NCBI GenBank assembly: GCA_027623675.1
Contig: JAQBVF010000032.1
Location: forward strand, 1 to 38,034
DNA length: 38,034 bases
From: Chloroflexota bacterium
GTDB lineage: Bacteria; Chloroflexota; Dehalococcoidia; Lucifugimonadales; UBA3495
Direction of reading: 5' to 3'
Numbering within the stretch: the stretch's first letter is position 1; each line of letters starts with the position of its first letter. The notes under the pieces are model-generated. The model searched no databases, was not told where the DNA came from, and saw only the letters and a list, made by a program, of their open reading frames with translations. A program made the position numbers and the translations under genes. Shown one piece after another: positions 1 through 9,693 of the stretch.

Positions 1-1
1 A

Positions 2-2482
2 TCTTTTGGGCTCGCATTGCTCATGGCCATCGGCGTCGTTGTCACGATGCTGGCCATGGGAATGTTCTCAGCCTCTGGGGTAAGTGCTGACCACGAAAGC
101 GGTCACACACTGCCGGGTCAGGTCTCGGAAGTGACCTTCACGCCGGGATCCTTGAACGTTAACGCAAAGACCAACTGGGACGTCTCTTTCGGCGTCTCGT
201 CTGCATTGGTCGCTGGCTCGGGAACAATCACGATCGCCTTCCCCGCCGGCGTTGTGCTTCCCGCGACCATCGACAAGACTAGGATTTCCGTGGGTCCTGG
301 GACTGACCTAGTCCCGTTGACTTCGGATCCGACAGTAACCAGCACAACGGTTACTCTCACGATGCCGGCTACCGACCCGGGTGGTGCTGCCGCCTCCGGA
401 GCTGCTGTTAGCGACATCATCACAGTTTCGTTCAGCCAGTTGGCCAACCTGGAGAACCCCGCGAAATCGGGGGCTGCCGGTTCGGTTTCTCTAGGGACCG
501 CCGGTAAAGTTCAGACCAGCGCTCAAGCGACCTACGCGAATATTGATGTCGCGAAGTCTTTCGCTACCACGATCTCCAATAGCGTAACCTCAGCCGCGGA
601 AGGCGACACAGTCGTCGTAACCGTGGGCGGGTTCACTCCTGGCCTCACAGTTAGCTTGTCCGGAGGCTTTGTCTCTGGTTCCGCTGTTGTGGGTTCCGAC
701 AGAAAGGCTACGATCAATGGCACGATGAAGGGCGCCACGGGAACGGTCACAGCGACCGATACCGCGGGTATCACGGCCGGCCCCTCAGCGAGCATCACCA
801 TCAAGCCGACCCTGACGGCAACCGCCAGCGGGAAAGCGCAGGACACCATCACCCTCACGGGTAAGAACTTCACCGCATCCAGCAACGTTGCCGGATTCTC
901 CAGCATCTTGTTCGGAGGAACAGCGCTGGCCTCGTCCGAGAACGCCGTCACCACGGCTTTGAAGACGACCTCCGTTGCTCACGTCGACAAGGACGCCGAT
1001 GGCATCCTCGACGACTTCTCGCTCAAGATTAAGATACCCAGTGGCGCCACCAAGGGCGTCAACCAGGTCAAAGTAACCGACGCTGGTAGCGCCAGCGCCA
1101 CGGTAAACGTTGATGTTGAAGGCCGCGTGGTCACGATTTCGCCCACCGAGGGCCCTCCTGGTACCGTGATCGTGGTCGGCGGTTCTGGCTTCCCTGCCAG
1201 CATAGCCACTTCGGCTAACAACACGATCTCGATCAGCCCTGCGTTCGGTTCGTCTTCGGTAACCGGTCTCCTGACCGGCGGCGCCGGTGACCTGCCTGGC
1301 GCAGACCAATTCACCATCCCCGCTTCCGCCACTGCGACGACCATAACCGTCACCGTGTCGATCAGGGGCGATGACGGCGCCAACACGACCGGGACAGCTA
1401 AGTTCACGGTCCAGACGCGCGGTCTGACGGTTACCCCGACCAGCGGCCCACGGGGAACCAAGATTCTCGTATCTGGTGAAAAGTTCACCGCCAACGGCTC
1501 AGTTGCCGCCAACGGCATCTTGGTCGACAGCGTTGCGACGGTACACGCCTTGGTTAACCTGACCACCACTGGTGGCCTGCCAGCAACTGAAGTAACGGTG
1601 CCTGCTTCCGCCGGATTGGGTGCCAAGACCGTGTCCATGACCGACTCCGGTACACTGGCCGGTTCCGGCAGCTTCACCGTGACCCAGCCGACCATCACTC
1701 TCAGCCCTTCCTCGGCGACCATGGGTCAGGTCGTAACGATCACCGGCGCCGGATGGGTGCCTCTATCCTCCGTGACCATCACGTTGAACTCTAGTGGTTT
1801 GGCGGTAGGGACCAAGGTTGCCACGGCCGGCTCAGCTGGTGCGTTTGAGACGACGATGGAACTGCCCAGCACGGTTGGCGTCGGACTCAAGGTAATCTCG
1901 TTCTCCGCCGCTGACGGCAGTTCTCTCGGGAACACCGCCACTGCGCAGAGCCTGACGGTGCCTGCTCCTAAGGTAGTGCTGTCGGCCGCCTCGGCTACCG
2001 TGGGTTCCATCGTGACCCTCGATGCCACCGGCTTCGTTCCCGACTCGGGTCTGTCTGCTCTCACCATTGGTGGCGCGGATGTCCGAGAGGGCGTAGCCAC
2101 GACGAACTCGGCTGGCGCCTTGACCGTCTCGTTCAAGGTTCCTGGACTGACCGGATCCCAGTTGGTGTCGGTAACCATCGGCGGCACCACGGTTTCCACG
2201 TCCGTGACCGTGACCAAGACCACCGCACCGGCGCCTTCGGACACGACGCCTACGGCTGATGTGTTCGCCGACCTCATCGCTAACGATAACTTGATTCGGG
2301 TATTCCGGTTCGATAACTCCACCCAGACGTGGGCGTTCTTCGACCCACGGCCGGCATTCGCCGAAGCCAGCGACCTTAAGGCCACTGGATCTGGTGATGT
2401 CGTCTGGGTGAAGCTCAACACCGCCCAGGAATTCCAGGGCAAGACCTACCTGGCGGGTTGGAGCCTGTTCTCCCTCAAGTAA
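2..2482 (+). CDS. S-layer-like/Ig-like (IPT-type repeat) secreted surface protein, probably 5'-partial at the window edge
   Basis: Frame is open from base 2. Hydrophobic signal-like N-terminus ending VSA-D. Thr/Ser/Gly/Val-rich repeats such as 'ISPTEGPPGTVIVVGGSGF' and 'VTPTSGPRGTKILVSGEKF'. Aromatic C-terminal domain (RVFRFDNSTQTWAFFDP). Confidence 0.7.
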   Translation, partial: SFGLALLMAIGVVVTMLAMGMFSASGVSADHESGHTLPGQVSEVTFTPGSLNVNAKTNWDVSFGVSSALVAGSGTITIAFPAGVVLPATIDKTRISVGPGTDLVPLTSDPTVTSTTVTLTMPATDPGGAAASGAAVSDIITVSFSQLANLENPAKSGAAGSVSLGTAGKVQTSAQATYANIDVAKSFATTISNSVTSAAEGDTVVVTVGGFTPGLTVSLSGGFVSGSAVVGSDRKATINGTMKGATGTVTATDTAGITAGPSASITIKPTLTATASGKAQDTITLTGKNFTASSNVAGFSSILFGGTALASSENAVTTALKTTSVAHVDKDADGILDDFSLKIKIPSGATKGVNQVKVTDAGSASATVNVDVEGRVVTISPTEGPPGTVIVVGGSGFPASIATSANNTISISPAFGSSSVTGLLTGGAGDLPGADQFTIPASATATTITVTVSIRGDDGANTTGTAKFTVQTRGLTVTPTSGPRGTKILVSGEKFTANGSVAANGILVDSVATVHALVNLTTTGGLPATEVTVPASAGLGAKTVSMTDSGTLAGSGSFTVTQPTITLSPSSATMGQVVTITGAGWVPLSSVTITLNSSGLAVGTKVATAGSAGAFETTMELPSTVGVGLKVISFSAADGSSLGNTATAQSLTVPAPKVVLSAASATVGSIVTLDATGFVPDSGLSALTIGGADVREGVATTNSAGALTVSFKVPGLTGSQLVSVTIGGTTVSTSVTVTKTTAPAPSDTTPTADVFADLIANDNLIRVFRFDNSTQTWAFFDPRPAFAEASDLKATGSGDVVWVKLNTAQEFQGKTYLAGWSLFSLK

Positions 2483-2505
2483 CCTAGGGGAAGCATAAGG
2501 TTTAA

Positions 2506-2537
2506 GTGAGGCCGCTTCCGCAAGGTGGCGGCCTCGC
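2506..2537 (+). terminator. GC-rich intergenic hairpin without a U-tract (partial terminator or mRNA stabiliser)
   Basis: gtgaggccgc...gcggcctcgc inverted repeat with a GCAA apex, just after the stop codon. Confidence 0.45.
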
Positions 2538-2570
2538 ACTACCAACCACTATCGAGACAAGGAGGACCGA

Positions 2571-3194
2571 ATGACCAAAACTAGATTCCTGGCCTTAATT
2601 ACGGCCTTGGCACTTCTATTGACTATACCCACGGCCGTGTTCGCCCAGCGGGTTCCTCCGCACATATTCACGGGGACCGCAGTATTGGACGGCGCAACGG
2701 CCGTCGACGGCACCGCCGTCACCGCTTGGGTGGACGGCGCGCAGGTAGCCGCCACCAACATCTCCGCCAGTACCTACACCATCAAGGTGGACGAGGTTGA
2801 CGGCTCCTTCAGTGGGAAGACCGTCTCGTTCCGGGTCGGGTCTGCGAACGCAGACCAGACCGCCACTTGGATTCAGGGCGGTGCAGATATCCTCGATCTG
2901 ACCGCTTCCAGCGGAAACACCGGCTCGGGCTCGGTGCCTGGAGGCACTGGGGACGTTGGGCCTGCTGGTCCTAAGGGCGACAAAGGCGATACCGGCGCCG
3001 CCGGTCCCGCTGGCCCCAAGGGCGACTCCGGGTCCGATGGAACTGATGGTTCCAACGGCGCCCCCGGAGCCATGGGTCCCGCTGGTCCTGCCGGCGATGA
3101 CGGCGGCTCTCTCCTGAGCATCATCGCTCTGATTGTGGCCATCGTTGCCCTATTGGGAGCCGGTGGAGCCTACATGATGGGACGCCGAGCTTAG
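2571..3194 (+). CDS. Exported protein with collagen-like Gly-X-Y repeat and C-terminal membrane anchor
   Basis: AGGAGG RBS, signal peptide (AVFA-Q), GPAGPKGDKGDTGAAGPAGPKGD repeat, C-terminal TM helix followed by RRA. Confidence 0.85.
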   Translation: MTKTRFLALITALALLLTIPTAVFAQRVPPHIFTGTAVLDGATAVDGTAVTAWVDGAQVAATNISASTYTIKVDEVDGSFSGKTVSFRVGSANADQTATWIQGGADILDLTASSGNTGSGSVPGGTGDVGPAGPKGDKGDTGAAGPAGPKGDSGSDGTDGSNGAPGAMGPAGPAGDDGGSLLSIIALIVAIVALLGAGGAYMMGRRA

Positions 3195-3222
3195 TCCTTT
3201 AATCGGAACTAGGTAACACGTT

Positions 3223-3263
3223 AAAGGGGGCATCCCGACCCGTTGGGATGCCCCCTTTGCTTT
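3223..3263 (+). terminator. Intrinsic terminator
   Basis: aaagggggcatccc-gacccgtt-gggatgccccctttgcttt stem-loop. Confidence 0.75.
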
Positions 3264-3480
3264 GGAGCGGCTAAACCCTAAAACCGGACCAACCGCCCTC
3301 CGTTTCTGCTTGCAACGGGACGCTTGATGGGCCACGATAGATGGGGGCCATCGCCCCCGGGGGCTTGCGTTTGGTTCCCGTGTGGGACTGGGTTCCACGG
3401 TTTTGATCAAGGTCGGCGTGTGGGCGCTTTTGGAGCCTGTGGCAACCGATCGAGGGACGTGTGGTATTGAGGGAAGTGTG

Positions 3481-4065
3481 GTGAGGCGGACTACTTCATA
3501 TATCTTACTGGCCGGAATACTTCTCTTAGTGGGGTTTGGTGTGCTGGGGGCGTCCCCGCCCCAATCTGAGCGTCCTCCCCAACCCTTCTTTCAGGATTTC
3601 TTCTCCGGCGCCGCGCGCGTGCTCGGTTCGCCCGCTCCCGAGGGCACCGAACTGATCGCCTGCATCGACGATTGTGAGACGGGTTTCCAAAGTAAACCAT
3701 ACTTTCTGGATGCTGGGGGACTCTTCAACGGCTTGGAGGTTGATCCGTCCAACGAGGCCCTGATCGGGCGCACCATCACCTTTTACCTGGTGAACTCGTT
3801 CGGCAGGATCCAGGCGGTGGAGTCCAGGCCATATATCGGCGTGTTCGACTTTTACGTTCAAGACCTCACCTTCGTTGACCCGCTTCCCTCTCCTGCCCCC
3901 ACACCCAAACCGGAATCCACCCCGGTACCTACTCCCACGGCTTCATTGCCCATCGCGGGCGATCCGTCGGTTACCAAGTTTCCCAAATTGGCTTTGATGG
4001 CCGGTGGAGCCGCGGTGGTCGCCGGTGGCACGCTCCTGCTGCTCGGTAGACGTAAAGCCGAGTAA
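3481..4065 (+). CDS. Exported protein with Pro/Thr linker and LPxAG-TM-basic tail (sorting-signal-like C-terminus)
   Basis: GTG start after GAGGGA, N-terminal hydrophobic helix, PTPKPESTPVPTPT linker, then LPIAG, a hydrophobic helix and RRKAE. Confidence 0.7.
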   Translation: MRRTTSYILLAGILLLVGFGVLGASPPQSERPPQPFFQDFFSGAARVLGSPAPEGTELIACIDDCETGFQSKPYFLDAGGLFNGLEVDPSNEALIGRTITFYLVNSFGRIQAVESRPYIGVFDFYVQDLTFVDPLPSPAPTPKPESTPVPTPTASLPIAGDPSVTKFPKLALMAGGAAVVAGGTLLLLGRRKAE

Positions 4066-4269
4066 AGGGCAGTTCGTCCAGGCCATGGCATTCTCACTCC
4101 GGTAACCCACGGCCGCAGACCGCCGCTTCCTCTTGGTTTGCCTAGGGTCCACTTGCTTCGTCGGCCAGGCCGTCAACGCTATTTGGACGTGCGGATGGGC
4201 TTTATTAGAAAGTAAGGGATGGAGTTGATGGGGATTTCGGGGACCGTCAAAGGGGCAGACGGGAAGTGG

Positions 4270-4914
4270 TTAGCGTGGGCGCCCTTGGCTGGTCATTACC
4301 ACCACTCTCATGTCGGTGCCCAGACTCGTAGGCGTGACGACCAGCCTAGGCTGCGCTTGGACATCTTCCAACCCCATGCGGCGGACGAAATTGTCTATGG
4401 GGTCTACCTCTGCGTTCAGGCCGTCGGTTTTGTAATGCATCGGGATGGCGATCTTGCCGTCCAGGTCCTGCAGCACTTGAAACACCTGCTCCATGTCCAG
4501 GGTGCAGTGGGCTCCGGCGGGAACCAAGACCACATCAACCGGCTTTAATTCGTCGATCAAACGGGTGGGCAAAGGCACCGAGATATCCCCCAAATGGCAG
4601 ATATTGATGCCGCCCATGGAGATGGTGAAGGCAACGTTTCGCTCTGAGAGGGGTTGGCCATCGGGCAATGGAGTCATTACCCCCCTTGCCGTTACGCCGT
4701 TGAATTCGTACTCGCCGGGATTGGAGAATATCTTGGGGTCACCCTCGATGCCGGTGGTGTGGTCGTGATTGGGGTGCGCGTTGCTCACCGTTACGATGGA
4801 AGCCGGCCGGTTATCGACCCTGAGGCCGATGGACGGCGGGTAAGGGTCGGTCATCACCACCATGTCGGCGTCGTGAAGCCGGAAGCAAGAGTGCCCTAGC
4901 CAAGTTATGTCCAT
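4270..4914 (-). CDS. MBL-fold metallo-hydrolase
   Basis: ITWLGHSCF, TDPY, SNAHPNHD, CHLGD and IPMHY motifs. Confidence 0.9.
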   Translation of the reverse strand: MDITWLGHSCFRLHDADMVVMTDPYPPSIGLRVDNRPASIVTVSNAHPNHDHTTGIEGDPKIFSNPGEYEFNGVTARGVMTPLPDGQPLSERNVAFTISMGGINICHLGDISVPLPTRLIDELKPVDVVLVPAGAHCTLDMEQVFQVLQDLDGKIAIPMHYKTDGLNAEVDPIDNFVRRMGLEDVQAQPRLVVTPTSLGTDMRVVVMTSQGRPR

Positions 4915-5597
4915 CGTCCATCCCGGTGTTGTTTCAGATTTAAGAGGCTCCAGGCGACGGGGACCGAGATAGCCGCGAGATACAGCTTGATCAGGTCACC
5001 GGCGATGAAGGGGTAGAGTCCGTATTCCAGCACCTTGTCGTTGGGTACGAAGAATGAAAGCTGCAGGAGGCCGGGAATGTAAATGATGGCGTTTCCGGCG
5101 AGCATGGCTATCATGATCCACGACTTACGGTCCCAACCACGTTCGCAGAGGTAGCCGACCACGAAGGCCGCGGGGATGAATCCGATTATGTAACCGCCGG
5201 ACGCCAGGTCCCACAACAGGCCTGAGGTACCGGAGGTGATACCAAAGAGGTAGCCGCCGGACCCTGCCGACCAGTGAAAGACTGAGGAACTTCCGCCGGC
5301 GAATACGGATAATTGGCTTCCTTCAACCGCATACAAGGCCACTGCCGCGGCGCCCCGCCAACTGCCCAACACCGCTCCCGCCAGGAGCACAGCCAAGGTT
5401 TGTCCGGTGATGGGCACCGGAGTGAAGGGAAGGTAGACCGATATACGAGCTGATCCGGCCACCAACAGACTGAAAGCGACTATGAGAACCGCGTCACGGG
5501 CGATGCGCGCGCCGAGTCGGTCAACGGGGACGATAACGTCGATGAGGGAAAGAGTTCTAGCCTGAGGAATCACGCCAATCCCAACCCACCTGATCAA
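4905..5597 (-). CDS. bioY: Biotin transporter S component BioY
   Basis: PFTPVPITGQTLAVLLAGAVLG, GGYIIGFIPAA and PFIAGDLIK motifs. The true start may be the GTG at 5573. Confidence 0.9.
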   Translation of the reverse strand: MIRWVGIGVIPQARTLSLIDVIVPVDRLGARIARDAVLIVAFSLLVAGSARISVYLPFTPVPITGQTLAVLLAGAVLGSWRGAAAVALYAVEGSQLSVFAGGSSSVFHWSAGSGGYLFGITSGTSGLLWDLASGGYIIGFIPAAFVVGYLCERGWDRKSWIMIAMLAGNAIIYIPGLLQLSFFVPNDKVLEYGLYPFIAGDLIKLYLAAISVPVAWSLLNLKQHRDGRWT

Positions 5598-5784
5598 TGA
5601 TTAAATTAATGATTAAAATCCAGGACAAAACCCTGGGAAACGATAGGGACGAAAGCCCTGGCTGAGTATAATTGGGCTGGGCGGTTGGGTCAACGTTTGA
5701 CACTTCCCAGAAAGCTATGGTAACGTCCGAAAGCGGCTCCCACAGCCTCAAACTGAGGGGATGCGAGGCTGTGTTGGCGGGGGA

Positions 5785-6816
5785 ATGATGCTCGGCGAAC
5801 GCGCAGCAACCGTACTTAACGTTCTCGTGGGTGAATACCTTCAATCCGCTACTCCGGTAGCGTCAGATGATATCGCCCGCAACCTCCCGCATCAGATCAG
5901 CTCCGCCAGCGTCCGCACCACCATGTCTCAGCTCGCCGAGGACGGCTATATCTCCCGGCCACACGTATCTTCGGGCGGCGTTCCTTCAGACCTGGGCTAC
6001 CGGTTCTACGTCGAATCCCTACCCGAGATTCCCCAGCTATCTTCCGAATTACGCGAAAGCGTTGACCGTGACCTGGCCCAGACGGAGCCTGACATAGGCT
6101 CTTGGAGCCAACGGTGCGCGGCGATATTGTCGAGGTTGACTGCGAACCTGGCCATCGTCACCGCCCCCAGGGCCGTTTCTCCCCGCCTCAAGCGGATCCA
6201 ACTCGTCTTCCTCCAAGAAACGACGGCGCTGCTGGTTGTGGTGCTTGAAGAGGCAAGGCTCCTCAGACGCCTGCTACCCTTCGGCAATAGGGTGGACCAA
6301 GCACAACTGGACCTGGCCGCCAACCGCCTTAATGAGTCGCTGGGCGGTCTGAGCCGGGCCCAGATGCAAGCCAACCAACTAGAGCTGAACTCACTGGAAG
6401 AGCAGGTCAAAGAGGGCTCTCTCAGCCTGATGCGAGAAGCCGAAGCAGCCAACGCCTATGAGCAATACACGGATGGACTACGCCTGCTCCTTGGCCAGCC
6501 GGAGTTTTCCAGAGGGGAACTGGCGCGTGAGTTGGTGCAGTTGGTGGAAGAACGCGTCCTGTTGGAACGGGTCCTTAGGGGCATGGCCGAGTCCGGAGAC
6601 CCGGTGGTTTGTATCGGCGCGGAGAACCAAGATGAGTTCCTGACTCCGTTCGGCGTAATCTTGTGCCAGTACGGCGCTCCCCAAGGCGTCAGCGGCACCA
6701 TCTGCGTCGTCGGACCAAAACGCATGGAGTACATCGCAGCCATCAGCGGCGTCCGGCACCTGTCGTCTTTCATGAGTCAGATGGTCCAGGGCATCCAGGG
6801 CAGCGGCGCAGCGTAG
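5785..6816 (+). CDS. hrcA: Heat-inducible transcription repressor HrcA
   Basis: EYLQSATPVAS, SSASVR, PHVSSGGVPSDLGYRFYV and VVGPKRMEY motifs. Confidence 0.93.
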   Translation: MMLGERAATVLNVLVGEYLQSATPVASDDIARNLPHQISSASVRTTMSQLAEDGYISRPHVSSGGVPSDLGYRFYVESLPEIPQLSSELRESVDRDLAQTEPDIGSWSQRCAAILSRLTANLAIVTAPRAVSPRLKRIQLVFLQETTALLVVVLEEARLLRRLLPFGNRVDQAQLDLAANRLNESLGGLSRAQMQANQLELNSLEEQVKEGSLSLMREAEAANAYEQYTDGLRLLLGQPEFSRGELARELVQLVEERVLLERVLRGMAESGDPVVCIGAENQDEFLTPFGVILCQYGAPQGVSGTICVVGPKRMEYIAAISGVRHLSSFMSQMVQGIQGSGAA

Positions 6817-6854
6817 CCAGTAATGCCCCACACCCCAATCCATCGCCGCTTACC

Positions 6855-8636
6855 ATGAATCCCACAAATCAACAGATAGCCGAACTCTTCGAGAACATGG
6901 GCGCCCTACTCGAGATGAAGGGCGATACGGTCTTCAAGATTCGCGCCTACCAAAGGGCCGCCCGGACCATCGAGCAACTGTCCTCCCCCCTTTCTGTCGC
7001 CGTTGAGAACGGCGAGGACCTCAAGAAGATACCGGGCATCGGCAAGGCGATCAGCGAGAAGATCGTCGAGCTTATCGAGACCGGCGAGGTTTCCGCCTAC
7101 CAGAAGCTTCTTGAAGAACTACCGCCTGGGATACTGGAGTTGAAGGATATTCCAGGCATCGGTCCCAAGACAGCCATGCTCATCAGCCAAGACCTGGGCA
7201 TCAGCACGGTCGAGGGCGTGGCCGAGGCCGCCGCTGACGGACGCCTGGCCCAGCTGCCCCGGATGGGAAAACGGGCCGCCGAAAACATCCTGCGCCACAT
7301 CCAAGCGGTCCAGAACAGGGGCAGCCGAACGCCCATCGGCCAGGCACTGCCGGTGGCCGAAGAGGTGATGGCCGCGCTCCGGGATCAGTGCCCGGACATC
7401 GGCCCTCTCTTCCCGGCGGGCAGCCTGAGACGCTGGGAAGAGACCATCGGTGACATCGACCTGGTCGGCACCGCGCCCGATCCCGAGTCGGTGGGCGACG
7501 CCTTGGTGGCGCTGCCAATGGTCAAGGATGTGCTGGTACACGGTCCCAAGAAAACCAGCGTCGTCGTGGAGTCGGGCATCCAGATCGACCTGCGGATCGG
7601 CGAGCCAGGCTCCTTCGGCGCGTTGCTGCAGTACTTCACCGGCAGCCAGCAGCACAACATACGCCTCCGCGACTTCGCCAACCGACAGGGCCTTTCCCTC
7701 AACGAATACGGCATCACCGACACCGAGACCGGCCAGGTGGAGGAGTTCGCCGACGAGGAGGGCTTCTACGCCCGGCTGGGTCTGCCCTGGATGCCGCCCG
7801 AGATTCGGACCGGCCTGTATGAACTGGACGCAGCCCTGGAAGAAAAATTGCCTTCGCTGGTGGAAGAATCGCACCTCAAGGGCGATCTGCACCTGCATAG
7901 CGAGTGGAGCGACGGTAACGACCCCATCGAGATGATGATCGAGGCCGCCGCCGCCCAGGGCTACGAATACATGGCCCTCACCGACCACTCGGCCGGCCTG
8001 GGGGTGGCCAACGGCCTGTCCAATGAGCGGCTCGAGTCCCAGATCGAGCTGCTTCGGTCCATGCAGGACAAGTACGACATCACCATCCTCTGCGGGTCCG
8101 AGTGCGACATCCGGGCCAACGGCGAGTTGGACTATCCCGACGAGATTTTGTCCAGATTGGACGTGGTGGTGGCCTCGGTCCACTCGGCCATGGGCCAAGA
8201 CCAGGCCACGATGACCGCCCGGATGATCAAGGCCATGGAGCATCCCTCGGTGACCATCATCGGGCATCTATCCACCCGGCTGTTGGGACAGCGCGAACCG
8301 GTGGAATTCGACGTCGAAGCGGTGCTGCAGGCTGCCCGGGACACAGGGACCGCACTGGAGATCAACGCCTCTCCGGAGCGTCTGGACCTCCGCGACACTC
8401 ACGCCTACCGGGCCCGAGAACTGGGTGTGCCGCTGGTCATCAACACCGATTCCCACCACCACACCCATCTGGACAAACGCCGCTTTGGCGTGGCGGTCGC
8501 CCGCCGCGCCTGGTGCCGGCCGGAAGACATACTCAACACCCTCCCTAGAGAGCAGTTCTTAGAGTTCATACGGACCCCCAAGCCGAAGCGTCTCGGTGTT
8601 TTCGACCAACGGCGCAGCGGTACGGCCCCGGCATGA
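6855..8636 (+). CDS. polX: DNA polymerase X with PHP 3'-5' exonuclease domain
   Basis: HhH motifs (IPGIG), AGSLRR...GDIDL catalytic motif, QYFTGS, and PHP motifs GDLHLHSEWSDG, TDHS and NTDSH. Confidence 0.95.
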   Translation: MNPTNQQIAELFENMGALLEMKGDTVFKIRAYQRAARTIEQLSSPLSVAVENGEDLKKIPGIGKAISEKIVELIETGEVSAYQKLLEELPPGILELKDIPGIGPKTAMLISQDLGISTVEGVAEAAADGRLAQLPRMGKRAAENILRHIQAVQNRGSRTPIGQALPVAEEVMAALRDQCPDIGPLFPAGSLRRWEETIGDIDLVGTAPDPESVGDALVALPMVKDVLVHGPKKTSVVVESGIQIDLRIGEPGSFGALLQYFTGSQQHNIRLRDFANRQGLSLNEYGITDTETGQVEEFADEEGFYARLGLPWMPPEIRTGLYELDAALEEKLPSLVEESHLKGDLHLHSEWSDGNDPIEMMIEAAAAQGYEYMALTDHSAGLGVANGLSNERLESQIELLRSMQDKYDITILCGSECDIRANGELDYPDEILSRLDVVVASVHSAMGQDQATMTARMIKAMEHPSVTIIGHLSTRLLGQREPVEFDVEAVLQAARDTGTALEINASPERLDLRDTHAYRARELGVPLVINTDSHHHTHLDKRRFGVAVARRAWCRPEDILNTLPREQFLEFIRTPKPKRLGVFDQRRSGTAPA

Positions 8637-9409
8637 GCCACGCATCCCGAGATCCCGAGCCCAACGATTGGTCGCAGATAATCGAGCCGTCCAGCGAGAC
8701 CGCCATCACCCACGCGGTTCCTGAGGCCGTCGTGCATCTGCGTACCGCCCTGGCCGCCGGCGCACCCTGGCGCCACGCCATCATTGAGGCGATCGGCCGT
8801 TGGACCATGCCCGAAGAGACCTATGAGGGCCGCAATTACCGTTACCTGCTCCAAGGCGAAGCCTTTGACTGGCTGCTGCTGGCGGAGCGCCTATGCGCCG
8901 ACGTTGACGGCGCCATCCCGGGTGCCATTCCTTCGGATGAGAAGGAAAAATTCCTGTTCAATGGGCAGATCCCCGACACCATGGATGAAGACCAATTCCG
9001 CGATTACCTAGGGCCAAGCAAATACCGGGCGTACATGAACTTTCGCTACGGCGTGGTCCTGGAGGAAGCCCTGCAGTTGACGTCGGAAGAGGAGGTCCGG
9101 AAGCGCCACCTCTCCCGCAGCCTCCCGGACAACGAGGAATTGACCGAGCAAGCCTTCAACCGTCTGTACGGTAAACCCCGCTCCGAATTGTTGGAGGAAT
9201 TTCAGAAGGCCACCAGGAAAGACCGGCGGCGCAACCTGACCCTCTCCGATCTGAACGAGTTCACCTACTGGCTCCACAAACGCCGCATCAACCTCTGGGA
9301 CCCGGCCCGGGTTGCCAGCGACACGCGGAAGGCCATCCGGCGGTTGGAGCAGTTGGAACAGCGCCGCAACGAACGCCGCCGCTCCAGCCAACCCAACGCC
9401 GCCGGCTGA
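8633..9409 (+). CDS. Hypothetical protein, translationally coupled to polX
   Basis: 258-aa ORF with host-like codon usage and ATGA overlap with the polX stop. Confidence 0.75.
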   Translation: MSHASRDPEPNDWSQIIEPSSETAITHAVPEAVVHLRTALAAGAPWRHAIIEAIGRWTMPEETYEGRNYRYLLQGEAFDWLLLAERLCADVDGAIPGAIPSDEKEKFLFNGQIPDTMDEDQFRDYLGPSKYRAYMNFRYGVVLEEALQLTSEEEVRKRHLSRSLPDNEELTEQAFNRLYGKPRSELLEEFQKATRKDRRRNLTLSDLNEFTYWLHKRRINLWDPARVASDTRKAIRRLEQLEQRRNERRRSSQPNAAG

Positions 9410-9693
9410 CCGCCTGGGTCTCCATCAAAAACACTGTCCGGATTCCGGCATCTCCGGCCACCAACACATCTTTCCCGCTTTAACCTAGCGATCCGTTTTA
9501 GAACACGAAACGGGACTTTTATAGGCGTGGTGTGCCACTCCCATTCTCGGCCCTTAGTTCTGGCGCTTCGATAGACGCTAAACGACGGTGAATGTTATAT
9601 TTGCTGGTGACTGGCCGCGGCGAAATTCGTCTGGCCGTTGCTAACAACGCGCACTGCCACCGGGCACTGCCAATGATGGAGAACCTTCCGGGA

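Noticed and set aside
118..2545. Long antisense ORFs opposite the surface-protein gene (similarly opposite valS, aroC, polX and ALDH)
   Set aside because: Expected shadows of GC-rich codon bias, with no recognisable motifs.
2955..3095. Tandem DNA repeats as a CRISPR or repeat array
   Set aside because: They are coding Gly-X-Y collagen repeats. I saw no CRISPR array or cas gene anywhere in the window.
5600..5785. CIRCE operator upstream of hrcA
   Set aside because: Only a partial TTGACACTT is present, with no matching inverted half-site. It fits a -35 box better.
9410..9693. T-box leader upstream of valS
   Set aside because: No GGTGGNACCGCG T-box motif and no terminator/antiterminator seen.
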